From Candidatus Woesearchaeota archaeon (GTDB lineage Archaea > Nanobdellota > Nanobdellia > Woesearchaeales > GW2011-AR4): a stretch of 64,000 bases of DNA. This document shows positions 54,622-63,726 of the stretch, piece by piece (within the stretch, counting starts at the first letter, position 1; every line of letters begins with the position of its first letter). Both the position numbers and the translations under genes were made by a program. The stretch lies in the NCBI GenBank assembly GCA_016177615.1, contig JACOUX010000006.1, forward strand, positions 30,131 to 94,130, read 5' to 3'. A model generated the notes under the pieces. That model made no database searches. It was not told the origin of the DNA and saw only the letters and a list, made by a program, of their open reading frames with translations.

Positions 54622-54736
54622 GTGTACGCGATGACTTCGTGAACACCCTTTGAGCAGTGACATGCGGGTGAGCTTCGTTTCACTCGCTCACAAATTCACG
54701 GCGATGAAATGCGGAAAGTAACTGCTGAGCGTACAC
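54622..54736 (+). ncRNA. Candidate structured small RNA in the convergent intergenic spacer (C/D-box-like: terminal stem + GAUGA ... CUGA)
   Basis: 8-bp terminal stem GUGUACGC (54622-29) / GCGUACAC (54729-36). Immediately inside are GAUGA (5' side) and CUGA (3' side). A second GCGAUGA box at ~54699. Internal hairpin GUGAGC-N12-GCUCAC. GC-rich compared with neighbouring DNA. Confidence 0.3.
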
Positions 54737-54738
54737 AC

Positions 54739-55572
54739 TTAATTAACTTTAAAATCAACACACACCCTATAGAATCCAGGAGAGTACTGCCCGCATTTTA
54801 AAATATTCAGTATTTTAAACCTTTTATTCAATCCTTGGCAGGCCCTTTGAATCTTATCTTCTGCCTTGTAAAATTCATTCTCATGCAGGAAATCGTAAAA
54901 ATGAATTATTCCGTTATTTTTAATATGAGTTAATGCCAGTTCAAGGAAATGCTCTCCGCCTTTGGGCAGCGGCATCAGAATTCTGTCAAACTTTTTATTT
55001 AACTTAGACAGGATTTTTTTGACATCTCCCAAAAAAATCTTGATTTTGCTTTCCATCTTATTTCTTATTACATTTTCCAGAGCATATTTGTGTGCAACAG
55101 GATTTATTTCGATTCCATAAACTTCTTTGCATTTGGAGTTTTTTGCTATGACTAAAGGGTATGGTCCGGCGCCTGAAAACATCACTAGAACAGATTCATC
55201 CGGCTTGGTCAACTCAGAAATTCTTTTCCTCTCTGTTGACATTCTTGGGGAGAAATAAACTCTTTCAACATCCAGCTTTATGAAAACGCCGTTTTCCTTG
55301 TGTGTTGTTTCTTTTCTTTTCCCGCCTGCAATGATTTTCAGTTTAGGAGTCCTGAATTTGCCTGAATATTTTTTGGTTTTTTTGAGGATTGTTTTAATAT
55401 GCGGATAAGTTTTCAATATGGTTTCTCCGATTAACTTTTCTTTTTTGCTTAATTCTTTTGGAAACTCAGAGAAAATAAGAATATCGCCGACTACATCAAA
55501 TGAGGTAGGAAGCAACTCCAGCTCTTTTTTGCTTAATTTATTTTTTAGGTAAAATTTTAGGTTTTGTTTCAT
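54739..55572 (-). CDS. trm5: tRNA (guanine37-N1)-methyltransferase Trm5 / TYW2-like class I SAM MTase
   Basis: Met-10+ like fold; SAM-binding VLVMFSGAGPY and catalytic-region IEINP motifs. Confidence 0.65.
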   Translation of the reverse strand: MKQNLKFYLKNKLSKKELELLPTSFDVVGDILIFSEFPKELSKKEKLIGETILKTYPHIKTILKKTKKYSGKFRTPKLKIIAGGKRKETTHKENGVFIKLDVERVYFSPRMSTERKRISELTKPDESVLVMFSGAGPYPLVIAKNSKCKEVYGIEINPVAHKYALENVIRNKMESKIKIFLGDVKKILSKLNKKFDRILMPLPKGGEHFLELALTHIKNNGIIHFYDFLHENEFYKAEDKIQRACQGLNKRFKILNILKCGQYSPGFYRVCVDFKVN

Positions 55573-56606
55573 CCAAAAAACTCCCCCAGCCCTTTCTGGT
55601 TCGCTTTCCTTTTTGACTCCACGAGCCCTTCAATCTGCCCTCTTACCCTTTCTTCCGAAAAGTCATGCTTGTCAACAAGCAACTTGGTAATCTCTTCTTC
55701 ATCTATATCTGACCAGTTAAGGCTGTAATCATTGCTTACTGGCATGTTTCTTATCAAGTCAAACACTTCTTCCCACCCAAATTCAAAATGCTCATTCCAT
55801 TTTGCCTCATTGAATATAGATTTAAGATCATTTCCATGCTTTTTTACAATTTTAAGGGCAGTCCTTGGGCCTATTCCCTTGACTCCACCCATATTGTAAT
55901 CTGTGCCTATCAGCATGGCAAGAGCAATAAGCTGTCCATGGCCTATGCCTAAATGCCTAAGGTTATCTTCAAGCACAATCAAATCGGGATTTATAGTCTG
56001 AAAACTTAGCTTGTTTGCCTTCTTTTTCCTGCCGGTCATGTTGAGGTTCCTTATAATCCTTGGAGACTCAAACAGCAATGCATCAGCGTCATTTGTGGCA
56101 ATAGAGAAAGCATCGCCATTTCTTACAATCAAAGATGCCTGGGCCTCTGCCTCTGTCGGCGCTTCAATGACTGGCAATCCAAACGCTTCTGCAAGCTTTT
56201 TTGCCTCTTCAATCATCTCATCTGTCAGCCTTGATGTCCTTGCAGCGTACTTCTTCATTAATCCTTCATCTGCTTTCTCCTTTGCTTTTTCAAAATTTTT
56301 TTCAGCTTCAATCTTCATTGCCTTTCTTTTTTCAAGAGTCAGTTTTTTCAGGACAGGAGGCTCTCCGTCAAACACAAAAGCCAGCCTGATGCTCCTCTGG
56401 GCTAGGCTGGATATTCTGGACAACAGCCCCATTAAATGGGAGGTCACATTCCCCTTTGAATCAGTAAGCAAAGAGCCGTCCCGCTGCCTTATCGAGCTCA
56501 GGAATTGGTAAAGCCACATCGGGGCATCAACAATTAATGTTTTATTTCTGAGAAAATCTAAGTCAATCTCTTTCATCAGCAATAATTCGGTTAAGGCAAC
56601 TCCCAT
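55569..56606 (-). CDS. fen: Flap endonuclease FEN1
   Basis: XPG-N/XPG-I domains; H3TH GIGPRTALKI; C-terminal PIP box QKGLGEFF. Confidence 0.9.
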   Translation of the reverse strand: MGVALTELLLMKEIDLDFLRNKTLIVDAPMWLYQFLSSIRQRDGSLLTDSKGNVTSHLMGLLSRISSLAQRSIRLAFVFDGEPPVLKKLTLEKRKAMKIEAEKNFEKAKEKADEGLMKKYAARTSRLTDEMIEEAKKLAEAFGLPVIEAPTEAEAQASLIVRNGDAFSIATNDADALLFESPRIIRNLNMTGRKKKANKLSFQTINPDLIVLEDNLRHLGIGHGQLIALAMLIGTDYNMGGVKGIGPRTALKIVKKHGNDLKSIFNEAKWNEHFEFGWEEVFDLIRNMPVSNDYSLNWSDIDEEEITKLLVDKHDFSEERVRGQIEGLVESKRKANQKGLGEFFG

Positions 56607-56615
56607 TTTGGTTAA

Positions 56616-57542
56616 TTATATTTTCTTAAACGTCAAATTCCTTAGTTCCTTGCTTATCATCTCCTGCGCTTTTGCTGACAGCTCTCCGGGCGACAAAAAA
56701 ATAACAGGCAGCTTCTTGAATTGCCCCTTGACATATGCATTGCTCAAATCAGAATCGCTAACCCTTTTCTTGCTCTTTGCCTTGCAGTAATACTGCAGAT
56801 TTCCAACAACGCTTGGGATTTCAACAACAAAATCAATCTCAGAGTTCTTCTTTATAACTTCTGAATTGACTATATTTATCTTGTTCTTTTCAAAAAATCT
56901 GGATATTTCTCTAAGAAAGCTGTCTTCTGTTTCTTTTTGCTTTGGCTTCCTTTCCCTTTTAGCAGGCTCCTGTTCAGCAGGCAGCTCTCTTTGAACTGTT
57001 TTGGCATGCTCCTCTTCTGCCGTTTTCTCGATTGGCTTCTCTTCAACCGCATTTGGAAGCGGCTGCTCAGCTTTTTTCGCCGGCAGGTTCAGCTTTGATT
57101 TTATCAATAATTCAGCTTCCTCATTGCTGAGAAGATGCCATTTCCAGAATATTTCTGTTTTATTTTCATGCGTTACATTAAGCTGCACTGCAAAATCCCT
57201 TATTTCTCGCATCGCAACCCTTATAACAGGCTCCTGTTCAGAGTCCCTTAAAACTTTGCTTTGCTGCAGCAGATCATATGCCTTTCTTTCCTTGTCATTC
57301 ATGCCTCCTATAAATTTTTGCAGCATGGCTTCCTGCCCGGAAAGATAATAAAGCGGCGAGCCTCCTACTTTTATTGCGGAAATTTTCAATTTGCCGCTTG
57401 CTGTAAGCTCCGCAAGATGAGCTGATGATATGAGTATGTCTGTTCCTATAATCTTTGATATCTCAACTGGCAATACAGGCCCTTTTACTCTAATAAACTG
57501 GAGAATCTTATCGCGGTTTTCCATAAACAAAGAATAGAACAA
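56616..57542 (-). CDS. Hypothetical protein: N-terminal winged-helix, acidic/Lys-rich linker, C-terminal putative nuclease-like domain
   Basis: ORF; N-terminal wH-like ILQFIRVKGPVLPVEISKIIG; C-terminal EIDFVVEIPS...YYCKAK resembles a PD-(D/E)xK core. Confidence 0.35.
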   Translation of the reverse strand: MFYSLFMENRDKILQFIRVKGPVLPVEISKIIGTDILISSAHLAELTASGKLKISAIKVGGSPLYYLSGQEAMLQKFIGGMNDKERKAYDLLQQSKVLRDSEQEPVIRVAMREIRDFAVQLNVTHENKTEIFWKWHLLSNEEAELLIKSKLNLPAKKAEQPLPNAVEEKPIEKTAEEEHAKTVQRELPAEQEPAKRERKPKQKETEDSFLREISRFFEKNKINIVNSEVIKKNSEIDFVVEIPSVVGNLQYYCKAKSKKRVSDSDLSNAYVKGQFKKLPVIFLSPGELSAKAQEMISKELRNLTFKKI

Positions 57543-57577
57543 GTGTTTTTATATATTTTTGGCTTATATGTAAAAAT

Positions 57578-58183
57578 CTAAGGCCTTAACCATCTACATT
57601 CGTAGTATGTTACATCATTTTCCGAGTCAACAATGCCCAAAAGCAGCCTTTTTTTCGTGGAATGAGCAACCCTATTCTTGGCTGCAAACTCGTACCAGGT
57701 CAGGCTGGAGCCTTCATGCACAGGAAAAACAACCCATCTCGCATGGTCTTCTCCCGGCTTTATTCCCCTATCATAAATCCTGAAGTCGGCCCCGAATTTC
57801 AGCGCTGTTTTTATTATGTAGCCCCTGTTCCTTATATCTTTGAAGACAGAGTATTTGACCCAGAAATTTGTTTCTGATTTCTGGCCTTTCTTGAAGAGAG
57901 CATCAAAATCAATTTGCTTGTCTTTAGAATCATAAACTATCAGCCTTTTCTTTTCAATCAGGTAAGTTGCTTCAATTAGTGAAAGCTGGATTCGTCCATC
58001 ATCAAGCAAAGTGCCATATCTGCTTTGGTTATAGAGCTCTCTAGCATTATCTGAGCTTTCTGTAAGCACTCTTTCCTTTGAAAAAAATGCCTTGACAGGC
58101 TCTTTTGGCTCCTTGGACTTTTCTTCCTTTGTCTCCTTATGCGGAAGAATTTCTTCTGACTCTTCCTTTTTCTTGGCCGTCAT
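57578..58183 (-). CDS. endA: tRNA-splicing endonuclease EndA
   Basis: C-terminal catalytic domain SVFKDIRNRGYIIKTALKFGADFRIYDRG...HARWVVFP (conserved Tyr/His/Lys triad); N-terminal Lys/Glu-rich region. Confidence 0.75.
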   Translation of the reverse strand: MTAKKKEESEEILPHKETKEEKSKEPKEPVKAFFSKERVLTESSDNARELYNQSRYGTLLDDGRIQLSLIEATYLIEKKRLIVYDSKDKQIDFDALFKKGQKSETNFWVKYSVFKDIRNRGYIIKTALKFGADFRIYDRGIKPGEDHARWVVFPVHEGSSLTWYEFAAKNRVAHSTKKRLLLGIVDSENDVTYYECRWLRP

Positions 58184-58258
58184 GATTTTAGATATGAGAT
58201 TTTTGGTATAGTAGGGACTTTAAAAAGGTTTTTAAAGCATTTTAGAATACAACAATGT

Positions 58259-59149
58259 ATGCAGCTGACATTTTTAGGAACATCTTCAATGGTTCCTACA
58301 AAAGAGAGAAACCAGACAGCGGTTTTCCTTAGCTACGGCTCTGAGGGAATATTGTTTGATTGCGGGGAAGGAACGCAAAGGCAATTAAAAATAGCAGGAA
58401 TAAGTCTTACAAAAGTCACAAAAGTGCTCATAAGTCACTGGCACGGCGACCATGTTCTTGGATTGCCTGGGCTAATGCAGACATTAAGCTCGACAGAATA
58501 CGAAAAAACCCTTGAGATTTATGGTCCAACAGGAACAAAGAAAAGGATGGAAAAGATGTTTGAAGCATTTGTTTTTGACAAAAGGCTAAACTTCAAAGTT
58601 ATTGAAGTCAAGTCAGGAAAATTCTTTGAGAACAATGATTTTGAAATAGAATCGTATCCTTTAGAGCATGGAATAGAAACTTTAGGATTCAGGTTTGTTG
58701 AAAAACCCAAAAGGAGGATTGACATTAAGAAGATTAAAAAATTTGGAATTCCTGAAGGGCCTTTGCTTGGCGAGCTTCAGAGAGACAATTCCATAACTCA
58801 TAATGGAAAAAAAATTAATCCAGATGATGTCACTTACATTGAAGAGGGAAAAATTATAGCCTATGTGACAGATACATTGCTTTGTGACGGCTGCTACAAA
58901 GCTGCGCAAGATTCTGATGTACTTATTGCAGAAGCAACCTATTCCTCAAAATTGACTGACAAAAGTGAGGAATACGGCCATATGACTGCAAAGCAGGCAG
59001 GCCAATTGGCAAACAAGGCAAATGCAAAGCAGTTGGTTTTGATGCACTTTAGTGCAAGATACAAAAACACCCAGGAGATAGAAGAAGACGCAAGAAATGT
59101 TTTCGATAATGTGATCTGTGCAAAAGACTTCATGAAGATTGAACTGTGA
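58259..59149 (+). CDS. rnz: Ribonuclease Z (tRNA 3' endonuclease, metallo-beta-lactamase)
   Basis: HWHGDH zinc motif; ~300-aa short-form RNase Z. Confidence 0.85.
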   Translation: MQLTFLGTSSMVPTKERNQTAVFLSYGSEGILFDCGEGTQRQLKIAGISLTKVTKVLISHWHGDHVLGLPGLMQTLSSTEYEKTLEIYGPTGTKKRMEKMFEAFVFDKRLNFKVIEVKSGKFFENNDFEIESYPLEHGIETLGFRFVEKPKRRIDIKKIKKFGIPEGPLLGELQRDNSITHNGKKINPDDVTYIEEGKIIAYVTDTLLCDGCYKAAQDSDVLIAEATYSSKLTDKSEEYGHMTAKQAGQLANKANAKQLVLMHFSARYKNTQEIEEDARNVFDNVICAKDFMKIEL

Positions 59150-59250
59150 TTTTAATCCATTCTAATTAATATATTCTTTAACATATATATTGTGCTATCA
59201 CTGGACATGCTCACGTAAAGCTTTTAAAGAACGCAACTATAACTAGGTTT

Positions 59251-60087
59251 ATGAGTATTGCACAACTAATTTATCCAAAAGAGAGTAAAAACAAAACTAA
59301 AAGTGTAAATAAACCATATTTATCAAAAAAAAATATCATAATATTCAATGACGACATTTTGGCCATTAACTCTATTCCATTATCCTCTGTAGATTTAATT
59401 GTAACTTCGCCACCGTATAATGTCGATATTGATTACAATTTGCATAAAGATGATGCTTCTTATGAAGAATACTTGGATTTTACTGCAAAATGGCTTAAAA
59501 AATGCTTTGATTTAGCAAAAGATGATTGTAGATTTTGCTTGAATATTCCATTGGATAAAAATAAAGGAGGCCATCATTCTGTTTATTCCGACATAATTAA
59601 TTTAGCTAAAAAAATAGGATGGAAATATCATTCTACTATTGTGTGGAATGAGCAGAACATGTCTAAGAGAACCGCATGGGGTTCATGGTTATCTGCGTCT
59701 GCACCTCACGTCATAGCCCCAGTTGAAATGATAGCTATACTTTATAAGGATAAATGGAAAAAGGAAGGGGGTAGTAAAAAATCTGATATTAATAAAGATG
59801 AGTTTATGGCATGGACAAATGGAGTCTGGAATTTTAATGGAGAGAGCAAGAAAAGAATAGGACATCCTGCACCTTTTCCTGTTGAGTTGCCAAGAAGATG
59901 CATTAAGTTGTTTAGTTTTGTTGGCGATGTTGTCTTTGATCCCTTTTTAGGAAGTGGAACGACTCTTTTAGCTGCCGCTTCGACAAAAAGGAAAGGCATT
60001 GGAGTGGAGATTGACAAAACTTATTGTGAACTCGCTAAAAGAAGATTGACCAAAGAAGCCAAGATTACCCAATCCACTCTGATATGA
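59251..60087 (+). CDS. DNA methyltransferase, beta-class N4-cytosine/N6-adenine (N6_N4_Mtase family)
   Basis: Motif IV SPPY (VTSPPYN) precedes motif I FDPFLGSGTT. Confidence 0.8.
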   Translation: MSIAQLIYPKESKNKTKSVNKPYLSKKNIIIFNDDILAINSIPLSSVDLIVTSPPYNVDIDYNLHKDDASYEEYLDFTAKWLKKCFDLAKDDCRFCLNIPLDKNKGGHHSVYSDIINLAKKIGWKYHSTIVWNEQNMSKRTAWGSWLSASAPHVIAPVEMIAILYKDKWKKEGGSKKSDINKDEFMAWTNGVWNFNGESKKRIGHPAPFPVELPRRCIKLFSFVGDVVFDPFLGSGTTLLAAASTKRKGIGVEIDKTYCELAKRRLTKEAKITQSTLI

Positions 60088-60093
60088 TTAAAT

Positions 60094-60678
60094 ATGAAAA
60101 AGGACAAATCTGTTAGTGAATTAATTGTAGAATATTTCAAAAGTCATCCTAAACAGGATTTGACACATGGCCCAGTGGTTGACTGGGTGGAAGAAAAATA
60201 TATAGAATTGTATAAAAAGAAACCTCGTGATACATGGAGGGCCATAAGGAAGCTGCATGAAGAAGGATTTTTAATCAAGGTTAAAAAAGGAGTTTACAGA
60301 TATGACCCCGATTTAGTTCAGAAGCGAAAAATAGAGGAATTTACCGAGCAACAAAAGAAAAAAATTCTGGAAAGAGACGATTATAAATGTGTCAGATGCG
60401 GCAGGGGGCCTAAAGAAGGCGTTGAACTGCAAGTAGACCACATTGATCCTAAATATTTAGGCGGTAAAGCAATTCTTGAAAATGGCCAAACACTCTGCTC
60501 TCAACATAATTTTGTAAAAAAACATCTAAATCAGACAGAAACTGGCAAGAAGATGTTTATACGTTTGTACGAATTAGCTAAGAAAAAGGACAATAAAGAA
60601 ATTTTGAATTTCTGTAAAGAAGTACTGGAAGTTTATGATAAGCATCATATAAATAACCATATTATCTGGAAAGAATAA
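60094..60678 (+). CDS. HNH endonuclease (probable restriction endonuclease partner of the MTase)
   Basis: CVRCGRG...QVDHIDPKYLGG...CSQHN: HNH with zinc-binding Cys pairs; 6-nt gap after the MTase gene. Confidence 0.7.
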   Translation: MKKDKSVSELIVEYFKSHPKQDLTHGPVVDWVEEKYIELYKKKPRDTWRAIRKLHEEGFLIKVKKGVYRYDPDLVQKRKIEEFTEQQKKKILERDDYKCVRCGRGPKEGVELQVDHIDPKYLGGKAILENGQTLCSQHNFVKKHLNQTETGKKMFIRLYELAKKKDNKEILNFCKEVLEVYDKHHINNHIIWKE

Positions 60679-60690
60679 TGGAGGTGTTTT

Positions 60691-60879
60691 ATGGTAACTA
60701 AATCATTAATGGGAAGGAGAGAAATTTATAAAATTTATCAAGAATATTATGAAGATGAAACATTAAATGAATTTGAAGAATTCTTGAGTTTTTTAGAGAT
60801 TGATTTATATGATTGGGTTAATGAGAATTTAAGGCAATTTGAGTATAATAAAAACTTTGAACCAATTAATAAAAGATAA
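60691..60879 (+). CDS. Small hypothetical protein (62 aa), possible R-M controller or accessory
   Basis: ORF only, tightly linked to the HNH gene. Confidence 0.25.
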   Translation: MVTKSLMGRREIYKIYQEYYEDETLNEFEEFLSFLEIDLYDWVNENLRQFEYNKNFEPINKR

Positions 60880-60905
60880 TATTTAATTATCGATATGGAG
60901 ATTAT

Positions 60906-61307
60906 ATGATGTCTCACAAATCCAAAGGCTCAAACGCGGAAAGAGAATTATTGCACATGTTCTGGAGCAGAGGATGGCCTTGTTTGCGATCTGCAGGCTC
61001 AGGTTCAATGAAATATCCGGGACCTGATTTGCTGGCAGGGAGCAAGGACAAGACAAGAAGAGTGGCAATAGAATGCAAGACTACAAAAACAAACAAAGTC
61101 TATCTAAACGAGCATGATATAATCCAGCTCAAAGAATTCTCAGCCATCTTTGATGCAAGGCCCTGGTTTGCTGTTAAATTTGCAGGAAAAGAGTGGCTTT
61201 TCATCATGATAGAAGATTTGGAGAAAACGCCGACAGGATATGCAGTGGACCAGAAGAAAGCTGAGTTAAGAGGAATATCTTTTAATGAATTAATAGAATA
61301 TAAATAA
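60906..61307 (+). CDS. hjc: Holliday junction resolvase Hjc
   Basis: KGSNAERELLHMFWSRGWPCLRSAGSG...PDLLAG...RRVAIECKTTK matches Hjc catalytic motifs (E..D..EcK). Confidence 0.85.
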   Translation: MMSHKSKGSNAERELLHMFWSRGWPCLRSAGSGSMKYPGPDLLAGSKDKTRRVAIECKTTKTNKVYLNEHDIIQLKEFSAIFDARPWFAVKFAGKEWLFIMIEDLEKTPTGYAVDQKKAELRGISFNELIEYK

Positions 61308-61308
61308 A

Positions 61309-61650
61309 TTACTTTTTTGTCTTTTTTCGAATATCGCTCTTTTTATGCACTTTATTTGAAGATTTAATAAAAAGAAATATTCCTATAACTAAAGGAAAAT
61401 ATATGAACCATGCAGCACCAGAACCGAGTGCAATAAAAACTTCCTTTATACATATGCCAAAACCACACGCTTCGCTTTTCGGATATAACCTGCCAACAAT
61501 AAAAATGATGGGTATTACTGGAATAAGCCACGATAACAATACTTTTTTCAATAAACCTAATTTTTTAGAAAGCTTGATTAAATAAAATACAGAAAAGAAA
61601 AAAATAATCCAAGCGACAATTTCCGTAAAAAGATTATAATTAAAAGGCAA
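61309..61650 (-). CDS. Hypothetical membrane protein (113 aa)
   Basis: 3 predicted TM helices; ORF only. Confidence 0.35.
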   Translation of the reverse strand: MPFNYNLFTEIVAWIIFFFSVFYLIKLSKKLGLLKKVLLSWLIPVIPIIFIVGRLYPKSEACGFGICIKEVFIALGSGAAWFIYFPLVIGIFLFIKSSNKVHKKSDIRKKTKK

Positions 61651-61685
61651 AAATAGAGTTATTATAATTTCATCAAAAATTTTAA

Positions 61686-61877
61686 TTACCTCTTTCTGAC
61701 TGCCCTTTCGATTTTTATCTCTTCCTTGACAACCTTGTCCACAACTCTTTCAATATGCATCTCTATCCTTGCAATCCTCCGCTCCATAAGGACAAGTATC
61801 CTCAAAGAATAAACAATGGCAGCCAATGTGCCTATGATAATAGCAAGTGTTATTTCCTGAACTTCAAATGCCATCAT
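61686..61877 (-). CDS. Small hypothetical membrane protein (63 aa)
   Basis: One TM helix; ORF only. Confidence 0.25.
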   Translation of the reverse strand: MMAFEVQEITLAIIIGTLAAIVYSLRILVLMERRIARIEMHIERVVDKVVKEEIKIERAVRKR

Positions 61878-61945
61878 ATCACCTCAATTTTTTCTATTGC
61901 ATATTATTTATCTGGTTATTTATAAAGCTTTCGCAAATCGCCAAA

Positions 61946-63304
61946 TCACAAATCATTATTTGGACTCTGCTTGGCAGCACCAGCTTTCTTCCCTATCTTG
62001 CCTCCTTTGCTGATGAGCCATGCCTTTCTTGTCGTGTACTGTGCAGGGTTCCTTATCTTTTGGCAGAAATTATCAGGCTTGCACACACCGATGCCGACCA
62101 TGTACATCTCATTATCGCAATTTGGAGGCGGCACCTTTTTCCGCATCTGCTTGTGGTACCTCAACTGGCCAAGCAAATAAGGCTCCCTTATCGGCTCTTT
62201 GTTCTTCGCATTCCATTCTTTCAGCCTTTTCTCGATCATCTCGTAATCCCATCCAATCGAGGCGAAGTAATTAATAAGAATGAGCAAAGCCCTTTTTCTT
62301 CCATCTTCCATACCATTCAAGATCAGCTTGACACAGGGAGGAAACAGCTCTTCTGGCAGCGCCTTTTCAGGCCTCTTGAACTCTTTTGGCACCTTATCTT
62401 TATAGTCCTCCTCTTTTTTCAGGCTGAAATCAAGCGCAGCCACCAGCAGTTGCTTTGCCTCATTTAAATCGGCATCCGAGCTGTCCAGAAACCTGTGACG
62501 GCTTATCTTAACATTTTTTGGCAGCGCAAATTCTTTTCTGAAAAGCAAAACTTTGTCGGGATTCAATGGAGTTGAAACTAATCCGGATTTCTCGTGCAGC
62601 GAATAAGCCATCCTGTACAAATGCCTTGAAGAGATCAGCAAAGTGTCCATCTGTAAAATAGATTCGGGATTGAATTTTTTTGTGCCATTTTGGACCAATA
62701 CGACTTCAGAATATGCCTTTCCAGTCTTTTCGAGCAGGGCGCCAAAATCATGCTTTTCAAAATCCATGATTCTGTTTCCGAACTCTTCCATTATCATGCT
62801 CTTTATATACAAGGCTATTTTTTTTGGCGCTTCGGGAAACATGTTTTTTGTTTCTTTGTCCATTATTCTTTTCGGAAAAGCTTCGAAAGGCACACCTATA
62901 TGGAACCCCTTATTGCCTGAAAACTTGCAGGATATTGACTTGATTTTGTGAAACTTTAAGGCATTGACTATCAAATCAGCCGCAATTTTTGAATACTCAA
63001 ACACTCCACAGTCAATGTCTATGACAAGGTCCCAGCCAATCCTCAGGTTGTCAAGCTCATGCCGCCTTAGCGAAGGGTCGAGCTGCAGCGGATTCCTCCA
63101 AAGCTCCTCAGAGGCATGAAAAGAAGTCGCGCCCTGCTTTGCAAGCTCAAGTATGTCGCTTTTGTTCCTCAGAATATCCGGCCTTTTGGAAAAATTATCG
63201 TTGAACCTTGCAGCGACCTCCCTGTTTTCAGAATTTGCAATTATCTCTTCCTGCACATCGCTTATTTTGTAGTGGCTCAGCGAAACGCTTATAGGAATCA
63301 TCAT
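61946..63304 (-). CDS. priS: DNA primase, catalytic PriS domain fused to a PriL-CTD-like (Fe-S) C-terminal domain
   Basis: PriS catalytic motifs LVIDIDCG (DxD) and SGNKGFHIGVPF (SGxRGxH). C-terminal ~120 aa with FPPCVKLIL...GRKRALLILINYF and a further CDNE...CKPDNFC Cys cluster reminiscent of the PriL 4Fe-4S domain. Length 452 aa vs ~330 for stand-alone PriS. Confidence 0.7.
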   Translation of the reverse strand: MMIPISVSLSHYKISDVQEEIIANSENREVAARFNDNFSKRPDILRNKSDILELAKQGATSFHASEELWRNPLQLDPSLRRHELDNLRIGWDLVIDIDCGVFEYSKIAADLIVNALKFHKIKSISCKFSGNKGFHIGVPFEAFPKRIMDKETKNMFPEAPKKIALYIKSMIMEEFGNRIMDFEKHDFGALLEKTGKAYSEVVLVQNGTKKFNPESILQMDTLLISSRHLYRMAYSLHEKSGLVSTPLNPDKVLLFRKEFALPKNVKISRHRFLDSSDADLNEAKQLLVAALDFSLKKEEDYKDKVPKEFKRPEKALPEELFPPCVKLILNGMEDGRKRALLILINYFASIGWDYEMIEKRLKEWNAKNKEPIREPYLLGQLRYHKQMRKKVPPPNCDNEMYMVGIGVCKPDNFCQKIRNPAQYTTRKAWLISKGGKIGKKAGAAKQSPNNDL

Positions 63305-63346
63305 ATTAGGAAAATTTATATGTTTTTAATAGTTTTGAAACCCGTA

Positions 63347-63703
63347 ATGGATGAAAAAACAGGAAAACTCAATAACTTAATAGGGAAAGCCATGGAAAGC
63401 GGCATTTTGGTTATTGTGGAGGGGAGGAAGGATAAAAACGCGTTGAACAAGCTTGGAATCAGAAACATAATAGAGTTAAATAAAAAGCCGCTTTTCAGCA
63501 TTGTCGAAGAAGCGGCAGGGCAGAAAGAATGCATTATACTCACAGATCTTGATAGAAAAGGGAGGGAGTTATACGGGAAACTCAATTCTGGCTTACAGGA
63601 AAGAGGGGTAAAGGTTGACAATAGACTAAGGAACTTCCTGTTTAAGAGCACGAAGCTCAGGCAGATTGAAGGAATCTTGAAGCTATTTCCTATAAATTTT
63701 TAA
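63347..63703 (+). CDS. Small Toprim-domain protein
   Basis: ILVIVEGRKD...CIILTDLDRKG (Toprim E...DxD). Track ORF 63116.. is a 5' extension; ATG at 63347 preferred. Confidence 0.6.
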   Translation: MDEKTGKLNNLIGKAMESGILVIVEGRKDKNALNKLGIRNIIELNKKPLFSIVEEAAGQKECIILTDLDRKGRELYGKLNSGLQERGVKVDNRLRNFLFKSTKLRQIEGILKLFPINF

Positions 63704-63726
63704 ATAAGTGCATCTTAGCATTTAGC

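Noticed and set aside
63316-63651. 111-aa minus-strand ORF
   Set aside because: Antisense to the Toprim-domain gene, which has clear catalytic motifs.
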